This document shows positions 37,538-46,000 of a DNA stretch of 64,000 nucleotides, one piece after another. Within the stretch, counting starts at the first letter, position 1. The number at the start of each line of letters is the position of its first letter. The translations under genes and the position numbers were made by a program. Location: assembly GCF_902459465.1 (NCBI RefSeq), contig NC_047079.1, positions 7,130,001 to 7,194,000 of the forward strand, in the 5' to 3' direction. The notes under the pieces are model-generated. The model ran no database searches and was not told the origin of the DNA. It saw only the letters and a list, made by a program, of their open reading frames with translations. This DNA is from Asterias rubens (lineage: Eukaryota).

Positions 37538-37620
37538 GTCAGGATGGCCGAGTGGTCTAAGGCGCTACGTTCAGGTCGTAGTCTACTCTGTAGGCGTGGG
37601 TTCGAATCCCACTTCTGACA
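37538..37620 (+). tRNA. tRNA-Leu-CAG: tRNA-Leu(CAG) copy 7 (D-loop variant GAGTGG)
   Basis: Single D-loop change; stems intact. Confidence 0.93.
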
Positions 37621-37700
37621 AAGTTAGTTTTTGGTTTTCTTTTATAATAAAATAAAAAGTGCAAAATTATTGTTTTAAAAACAAAGATAATAACCAACAA

Positions 37701-37783
37701 GTCAGGATGGCCGAGCGGTCTAAGGCGCTACGTTCAGGTTGTAGTCTACTCTGTAGGCGTCGGTTCGAATCCCACTTCTGACA
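37701..37783 (+). tRNA. tRNA-Leu-CAG: tRNA-Leu(CAG) copy 8 (impaired)
   Basis: G:U pair in the anticodon stem (TGTAG) and a C.C mismatch in the T stem (GTCGG). Confidence 0.7.
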
Positions 37784-37863
37784 AAGTTAGTTTTTGGTTT
37801 TCTTTTATAATAAAATAAAAAGTGCAAAATTATTGTTTTAAAAACAAAGATAATAACCAACAA

Positions 37864-37947
37864 GTCAGGATGGCCGGAGCGGTCTAAGGCGCTACGTTCA
37901 GGTCGTAGTCTACTCTGTAGGCGTGGGTTCGAATCCCACGTCTGACA
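37864..37947 (+). pseudogene. tRNA-Leu(CAG) copy 9, probable pseudogene
   Basis: Extra G in the D arm/A box (GGCCGGAGC) and an acceptor stem mismatch (CCCACGTCTGACA). Confidence 0.7.
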
Positions 37948-38025
37948 AAACAGTTTTAGATTTTTGGTATAATAAAATAATAAGTGAAAAATTATTGTTT
38001 TAAAAACAAAGATAACAAACAACCA

Positions 38026-38108
38026 GTCAGGATGGCCGAGCGGTCTAAGGTGCTACGTTCAGGTCGTACTCTACTCTGTAGGCGTGGGTTCGAATCCCAC
38101 TCCTGACA
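38026..38108 (+). tRNA. tRNA-Leu-CAG: tRNA-Leu(CAG) copy 10 (variant)
   Basis: AAGGTGCT, anticodon-stem closing mismatch (CGTAC), C67 acceptor allele. Confidence 0.75.
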
Positions 38109-38186
38109 AAAAAGTTTTAGATTTTTGGTATAATAAAATAAACAGTGCAAAATTATTGTTTTAAAAACAAAGATAATAAACAACAA

Positions 38187-38269
38187 GTCAGGATGGCCGA
38201 GCGGTCTAAGGCGCTACGTTCAGGTCGTAGTCTACTCTGTAGGCGTGGGTTCGAATCCCACTTCTGACA
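38187..38269 (+). tRNA. tRNA-Leu-CAG: tRNA-Leu(CAG) copy 11 (consensus)
   Basis: Identical to copy 2. Confidence 0.95.
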
Positions 38270-38349
38270 AAGTTAGTTTTTGGTTTTCTTTTATAATAAA
38301 ATAAACAGTGCAAAATTATTGTTTTAAAAACAAAGATAATAATCAACAA

Positions 38350-38432
38350 GTCAGGATGGCCGAGTGGTCTAAGGCGCTACGTTCAGGTCGTACTCTACTC
38401 TCTAGGCGTGGGTTCGAATCCCACTTCTGACA
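38350..38432 (+). tRNA. tRNA-Leu-CAG: tRNA-Leu(CAG) copy 12 (variant)
   Basis: GAGTGG, CGTAC closing mismatch, variable arm CTCTCTAGG. Confidence 0.7.
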
Positions 38433-38510
38433 AAATAGTTTTAGATTTTTGGTATAATAAAATAAAAAGTGCAAAATTATTGTTTTAAACACAAATATAA
38501 TAAACAACAA

Positions 38511-38593
38511 GTCAGGATGGCCGAGCGGTCTAAGGCGCTACGTTCAGGTCGTAGTGTACTCTGGAGGCGTGGGTTCGAATCCCACTCCTGACA
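38511..38593 (+). tRNA. tRNA-Leu-CAG: tRNA-Leu(CAG) copy 13 (variable-arm variant)
   Basis: Variable arm GTGTACTCTGGAGG; C67 allele. Confidence 0.75.
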
Positions 38594-38671
38594 AAACAGT
38601 TTTAGATTTTTGGTATATTAAAATAAAAAGTGCAAAATTATTGTTTTAAAAACAAAGATAATAATCAACAA

Positions 38672-38754
38672 GTCAGGATGGCCGAGCGGTCTAAGGCGCT
38701 ACGTTCAGGTCGTACTCTACTCTGTAGGCGTGGGTTCGAATCCCACTCCTGACA
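38672..38754 (+). tRNA. tRNA-Leu-CAG: tRNA-Leu(CAG) copy 14 (variant)
   Basis: CGTAC closing mismatch; C67 allele. Confidence 0.8.
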
Positions 38755-38832
38755 AAATAGTTTTAGATTTTTGGTATAATAAAATAAAAAGTGCAAAATT
38801 ATTGTTTTAAAAAAAAAGATAATAATCAACAA

Positions 38833-38915
38833 GTCAGGATGGCCGAGCGGTCTAAGGTGCTACGTTCAGGTCGTAGTCTACTCTGTAGGCGTGGGTTCGA
38901 ATCCCACTCCTGACA
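38833..38915 (+). tRNA. tRNA-Leu-CAG: tRNA-Leu(CAG) copy 15
   Basis: AAGGTGCT (G:U in the D stem); C67 allele. Confidence 0.88.
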
Positions 38916-38995
38916 AAGTTAGTTTTTGGTTTTCTTTTATAATAAAATAAAAAGTGCAAAATTATTGTTTTAAAAACAAGGATAAGACTCAACAA

Positions 38996-39078
38996 GTCAG
39001 GATGGCCGAGCGGTCTAAGGCGCTACGTTCAGGTCGTAGTCTACTCTGTAGGCGTGGGTTCGAATCCCACTCCTGACA
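38996..39078 (+). tRNA. tRNA-Leu-CAG: tRNA-Leu(CAG) copy 16
   Basis: Consensus except C67 (fully Watson-Crick acceptor stem). Confidence 0.95.
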
Positions 39079-39158
39079 AAGTTAGTTTTTGGTTTTCTTT
39101 TATAATAAAATAAAAAGTGCAAAATTATTGTTTTAAAAACAAAGATAATAAACAACAA

Positions 39159-39241
39159 GTCAGGATGGCCGAGCGGTCTAAGGCGCTACGTTCAGGTCGT
39201 AGTCTACTCTGTAGGCGTGGGTTCGAATCCCACTTCTGACA
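39159..39241 (+). tRNA. tRNA-Leu-CAG: tRNA-Leu(CAG) copy 17 (consensus)
   Basis: Identical to copy 2. Confidence 0.95.
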
Positions 39242-39319
39242 AAATAGTTTTAGATTTTTGGTATAATAAAATAAAAATGTGCACAAATATTGTTTTAAAA
39301 CAAAGACAATAACGAACAA

Positions 39320-39402
39320 CTCAGGATGGCGGAGTGGTCTAAGGCGCTACGGCCAGTTCGTAGTCACCTCTGTAGGCGTGGGTTCGACTCCCACTTCTGT
39401 CA
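39320..39402 (+). pseudogene. Degenerate terminal tRNA-Leu(CAG) copy 18
   Basis: G1->C, altered D arm, anticodon loop GC CAG TT (U33 lost), acceptor 3' side TTCTGTCA, no array spacer downstream. Confidence 0.85.
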
Positions 39403-40020
39403 AACAATTTGGTTTCTACTTCACTCACTATATTTGACGAATAGAAAATTTGTCTAATGTTCCACTTTCCAGTTTTGTTTTTAATTATTTATCGAAATAA
39501 CCAATCGATACATATTACCAAACGACTATTGTTCACTGCCTCGAAATCAGGCCAGGTGCATTGGGTTTCAATTCATACAAATATTATCGATTTTTGATTA
39601 TAGTTTTGTTCGGAGAAAAACAAAGTATAGAATGTAACATTGATGTTTCAACAATGGTCGTTTCGATTGGATTGTACTGTTGTTGTATAAATGGGATGCT
39701 ATTGATGACGAAATAGGTTGAACGTATGCTTGTTTAGGACGGTATTGAAATAGTTCTTTTCGAAATCTGCTTTTCCCGAATAAAAATAGACTAGATCCAC
39801 GTCACGATTGTCTCCACCCGGTCCTATATGGTCTTTATTCCAGACGTTTTTATTGGTAACTGATTTTGAGAACCTAATTGAGGTACGCAACTGCAGACGT
39901 CGTTACTTGTCTAACTGACCGTAATGGCGACTACGTGAAACCCGTGTTATCATACCACAGACTCTGACGAGGTTTGGAGCCAACATGCTCAGGAGAACAA
40001 CTGGGGAGGAATCAGACAAA

Positions 40021-43000
40021 ATGACGGTACACTTTATGTTTCTGGCTGTGGTGCTTGTCTTGTCGATTTCTCCATTTGCATCGCAAACAGGTAGGTTAAT
40101 GTATCTATTGGCATGGTGTGTTTCCGAAAATAAATAAGTAAATAAAAAATCCATACATTTAGTATAAACACACATTGCTACAGAATGAAATGAGTCGTGC
40201 CAAGTCTTTTGGAAAACCTCATGCTTTCCATTTGAACTGTACACATGGTTTTCCTCTTGTACGTAAGTATGTAGCCATCACCCCCCCCCCGACAGTTTTC
40301 TGTAAAGAATTCTTAAGATTCCGAACACACAATCGATACACAATAGTCGGTACACCATACTCTATATTCAGAATCAAACGTATTGTAATAAGACGGTGCA
40401 TAACTTGATTCGCATCTTGCAAAAGAGCAAAGCATATCGTGAAAGCAAACTACAATTCCTCATGTTACATTGGTAACATTTGGGGAAAATGTTCACAGAT
40501 TTGTACATTACTGATATGGGTTAGGTGTTTCTCTCAAGTAATTTTCACCTTTTATTGACCAATTCTTTGAATCTGTATTAACAGACTCAACCACGACAAA
40601 TGGACCGTTCGAAAGTGGCAGGCCTACAACGCAAAGTCAGTCAACATCGTTGCCGGTACCAACGACGCAGTTTTCGCTCACCAATGTCACCATGATGTCA
40701 CACGGGACCAATGACAGCCAATCAACGACACAGCCAGTGGAAATTGTTTCACAGGGAACACAAAATGTGACCGGTGTATTAATCCCGAGTGAGTTAAACA
40801 ACACAACAGCTTCTCAAAACCAACAAGGAACCACAAGCTTAGGCAAGACGACATCGCAGACAACTTTGGGTCTTAGTTTGGCGGGAACGAATAATGGAAC
40901 AACTGCTAGACCCGATGGGGTTAACACAACAATGCCACAAGGGGCTAATGGCAGCGACTCGACGACACAGACGACGGAAACTATTTTACCTGGAGGACAA
41001 AACTCGACCATTGCAACACTCCCGAGTGGGCTTAACAAAACAACAGTATCTCAAAATCTGCAAGGAACAACCAGTGTAGGCCAGACGACATCACACACAA
41101 CTTTGCCACTCAGTTTTGCGGTAACGAAAAATGGCACAACTGCAAGATCCGATGGGGTCAATACAACAATGTCACATGAGACCATTGACAGCGATTCGAC
41201 GACACAGACGACGGAACCTATATTACCTGGAACACTAAATTCGACCATTGAAACCCTCCCGGGTGAGTTAAACAACACAACATCATCTCAAAACCAACAA
41301 GGAACAACAAAATTTGGCCAGACGACATCTTACACAACTTCGGCACCTAGTTTGAATAATGAAACAACTGCGAGATCCGATTGGGCTAATTCAACAATTG
41401 CGTTGCTCACTACTGAGTCTGTATTCAACAACACACAGTCATTCCTGTCGTCAAATCATACCTCTGCAGGAACCACAGACAAGTCAGACATTTCTCAAAC
41501 GGATACTTCGACACTTCCCGTCCATACGGATGAAACGATCACAACCTCGTCCCCAAACCAGACGTCACTACTTCAGAACGAGACACAGTCGCCATTTGTA
41601 ACGGCAACAGCCAACTCGTCCCCTAACTCCACAGGAGTGGATGCGAATATGACCAGCACGTGGACAACTCGACCACTACAATCAGATGAGGCTAATGAGC
41701 AAACTATGGGAGTCACACAAGAAATCCTACCTGGAAAAAGCAGAGTGCCAGCATCCCTATCGTCGAACAATAATTTGACGACCACAAATTCAGTTTCAGA
41801 CAGTAATTCGACAGAAGCAATGGAAAGTGCACCTTCTACGACACTGAACGGAACACCAACCGCAGCTATTAACAATTCGTCCTTGCTTCCTGGAAAAGAA
41901 CTTGCAACTCCTACACCTACCCTCGACTCTAATGTTAATGCTACAACGCAAGTTTCTACAATGCCCCTGAACATAACGCTTCCAGTGACATCAACACTTC
42001 CATTTTCAGAAGTGTCGGGAACGATCAGTGCTGTTAACAACACTCAAAATACAACATCTTCGACTTCTTTAGATTACATTACAGTGAATGTCACGCTCCC
42101 AGCGACGACCACGTTAATCGAGGTACCACCAGTTAGTGTCGAAGAAGTTGTGTCTACGGAAACAACCGATCTGAAAACCGTCGAACATCAGGGCTCAAGC
42201 ACGACAGAAATACTGACTAGTCAACTAAGTACATCACTTTTGACGAATTCCTCGACCATCTTACCAAGTACACCAAATAGTGTCGACAACGACCAAATGT
42301 CCACAGACCTTGGAGGACGAGACCAAACACAGCCATCAACCCAAACTGACGACTTTCCAACAACGGATAATGTCGAACCGAAGTCTTTCAACGGCGTTCT
42401 GAGAATCACTTCAATGGATGGTCAGGTTGCAGCTTTTAACTCTTCTCTTAGCGACCATAACAGTCTCTACTTCCAAAAGGTTGCAGGTGAAGTCGAGAAA
42501 GCCGTAAGTAAGAAAGACATGCTGACTATATTATACTGTGCAAGTCTCGCGCGTCTTTTAAAGGCAGTGGACACTATTGGTAATTACTCCAAAAAAATAT
42601 TGCCATAAAACCTTTCTTGGTGTAAAGTAATGGGGAGAGGTTGATGGTATAAAACATTGTGAGAAACGGCTTCCTCTGAAGTGCCATAGTTTTCGAGAAA
42701 GAAGTAATTTTCCACGAATTTGATTTCGAGACATCAGATTTAGAACTTGATGTCTCGAAATCAACCATCTAAACGCACACAACTTCGTGTGACATGGGTT
42801 ATTTTTCTTTCATTATTATCTCGCAACTTCGATGACCGATTGAGCTCAAATTTTTACAGGTTTGTCATTTTATGCATATGTTGAGATACACCAACTGCGA
42901 AGACTAGTCTTTAACAACTACCAATAGTGTCCACTGCCTTTAACATTTGTGGGACCACTATGGTCCCATGCCGGGAAGCGTTTTTTTTTTCCATGACAGA

Positions 43001-46000
43001 TGAGGCTACTACTAGCGCATGCTAAGTGACCTCATCTGTCCTGGCGGGAAACAGACCCGAAAGTAGGTAAAACACGCCCATTTATGTTAAGTGGCCTCAT
43101 CTGTCCTGGAAAACAAATACGCGGCCGGTAAACGAACTCACGCAATTTAACGGGTCACGATGTTTGAAAACTCGCGAGACTTGACAGTCTATAACATAGA
43201 TTTCTATTGCCCGACGATAAAAAAAACAAGCCGAAACAAAATTTACGATTGTTTCGTAAATGAATAAACACATTTTAATACAATTGCACATTATTTATTT
43301 TAGCTGGACAAGCTCTATCACAATAATCAACAGACAACCAATGTGTACATAAACTCAACAGTATGGGGTTTCAGTAATGGGAGCATTATCGCAAACTACA
43401 CGACACTTATGGCGTCGGTTTCGACAATCACAGCGGAAGATCTGGGGACTCTTACAACGACGGCTCTAGATGATGACTTCATACCAGATTCTAGCATACA
43501 GGTCGACCCAACAGCAACGAAGTTTACCTGTACGTGAACATTTTTCTTGTTCTCCAATTATACTTTTTGTTACAAAAATATTACAGAAGGTAAATTTCTG
43601 GGAACTAACTACGAACTAAAAGCGTGACTTCATGTCATGGTTTGTTAGTAATTCTAGAGCTATACAATAAATCGATGGCTTCATCCATACGTGTTTTGTT
43701 AAAAATTATTGCATGAATTGAATGCTATGAGACACTAATGTCTTTTCATGAAGACTTTCCGAACAAACTGGTCGAAACGTATAACTATTCAAAATGGATA
43801 CATTGATATTTATGTCGCAGCAAACCAGCCAGGAGAGTTTTAAGAGTTCGGATGGTACACAAATCTAAGAAAAGGTATATTTCCTAAGAACAAAGTCCTA
43901 ACTACATTTTCGAAGTAATTTGCTTGTTTTAGAGCTATGCAATGATCTTAACTTTATTCATGGTCTTTCAGTGAATTCTCCACCGGAAGAAACACCGGCG
44001 TCGACAATACCATTGCTGTCGACAACCCCGGCACTTATAACAGCAGCGTCCGAGGCAATTGTGTCGACAACTCCTTCGCAAACTCCGGAGCCTCTTAGCA
44101 ACGGCACGACTGTGATACCAGGAGAGACGTCTTTTGACGGCGTCTTGAGGATTGTGACACTGGATGGAAAGCCTGCATTGTTTAACTCATCTTTAGAGGC
44201 CCCTGGAAACTCCTACTATCTGACACTTCATGACAATGTTGTAAAAATTGTGAGTTTTCCCCCTGCAAACAAAGTTTCACTGTTACATGTTACATGTATG
44301 GTGCGAGTTTGTTTCTTTGTCATTTTTGTCACTCGAAGAAACAGAGTGCTTTATGGGTCGTTGGTTATTTATGCCTTTTTTCCACTTCACCTTTTATTGT
44401 TTATTTGGGGAGGCTGTTGGAACGCAAGGTGGCAGTAGACTAACCGGTTGAGATCAATGGATTTACCTGACAAGTCTGCCGCCACCTAGCGTCCAAAACG
44501 TCCCTCGTTGTTTATCACAGGAATGTTCCATCTTAATCTTCTTTTTTGTTTCACTCAGCTCGATACTGTGTTTAGAACGATGCCAAAGACCAAGACCGAC
44601 TATCTTCGCGCCGTGCTTCGGCGCTTCAGCAACGGCAGTGTCATAGCGGAATTCTCGGTGTTTCTGACGCAGACCAGTAACCTAAACCCAAAAGATTTTG
44701 AGGACCAAATGAATAGTTATTTTGGTTCGACAAACGGGGCGATGGGTGGAGTTAACATAGTCGTTGATCCTGAGCACATAACATTCACATGTAAGTTGTC
44801 TGCTTCTTTGAAATACACCCGGAAACTCGTGAAAATTAATATCTCAATGAAGAGAATAAGCCATTTTGAAACATGGAGGACACATTATTATGACACTAGG
44901 TTTGGGTAAATTTGTCTGTATACACCCAAACCAAAGAGTGCACTCCTATATACCAAACAAACATTTGAATTCACTATTGTCACCAATTACAATTGTTGGT
45001 CTTTTCTCTAATGGATTATAGCCGTGACATGGTGCTTGACAATGATTACTACTACTAAAAAGGGGACATTGTTTTTGAGTACCATTTCATTTCTCAGTTT
45101 CTTTGTCGTTTTGAAGCATTTGTAATAATTGTACTAGCTTTGCAATAACGTTTGCTCATTTTATTATGGTCTTACAGCAAACAATCAACCACCGGTGTTG
45201 ACAACACTATTGCTGTCGACAACCATAGCACCGACAACAGCAGAGCCCAAACCAAATGCGTCGACAACGCCATTACTGTCGACATCCAACGTACCAACAA
45301 CAGAGTCCCAATCAAACTTGCCAACAACAACATTGCTGTCGACAACCATAGCACCGACAACAGCAGAGCCCAAACCAAATGCGTCGACAACGCCATTACT
45401 GTCGACATCCAACGTACCAACAACAGAGTCCCAATCAAACTTGCCGACAACAACATTGCTATCGACAACCACAGCACCGACAACAGCAGAGCCCAAGATT
45501 TCGACAACCCCTTTGCAAACTCCGATCCCTCCAGGTAACAACACAACTGGAGAGAAGTCTTTTGACGGCGTCTTAAGAATCTTGACGCTGGATGGGAAAC
45601 CTGCTGTGTATAACTCATCTTTAGACGACCCGAGAAAATTATACTATCTGACCCTTCATTTAAATGTTGTAAAATTGGTAAGTTTTTAACTTTATAAAGG
45701 ACATTGGACACTTGAATTGAAAAAAATTACCTAAATTAACATAAAATAGACTGTTACTCAAAAAAGAAGATGTGTTTTTTTCTACCTGGAGCGTCCTTTT
45801 ATCTTGACCTTCGTTCTTGTTTCCCCTCAGGTTGATGTCGTATTTAGGACGATGCCAAAGACCAAGACCGACTATCTTCGCGCCGTGCTGCGGCGCTTTA
45901 GCAACGGCAGCGTCATCGCAGAATTCTCGGTGTTTCTGACGCAGAATAGCAACCTTAACCCGAAAGATTTTGAGGACGAAATGAAGGATATTCTCGGCTT

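Larger units (their letters stand above)
36565..39402 (+). repeat. Tandem array of 18 tRNA-Leu(CAG) units, period 161-163 bp
   Basis: 83-nt tRNA plus a ~79 bp AT-rich spacer carrying T4-T5 Pol III terminators. Unit starts: 36565, 36726, 36889, 37050, 37213, 37375, 37538, 37701, 37864, 38026, 38187, 38350, 38511, 38672, 38833, 38996, 39159, 39320. Confidence 0.97.

Noticed and set aside
36390-39319. Repeated minus-strand ORFs (…FCQKWDSNPRLQSRLRPERSALDRSAIL…)
   Set aside because: These are antisense translations of the tRNA units.
36565-39402. CRISPR-like array (regular repeat-spacer pattern)
   Set aside because: The repeat is an 83-nt eukaryotic tRNA-Leu, the spacers are near-identical rather than unique, there are no cas genes, and the context is an intron-containing animal genome.
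39903-40244. 113-aa minus-strand ORF
   Set aside because: It overlaps the mucin signal-peptide exon on the opposite strand; the + strand reading has a signal peptide and a phase-matched donor.
40814-45711. Multiple antisense and alternative-frame ORFs over the mucin exons
   Set aside because: These are shadow ORFs of Thr/Ser-rich repetitive coding sequence.
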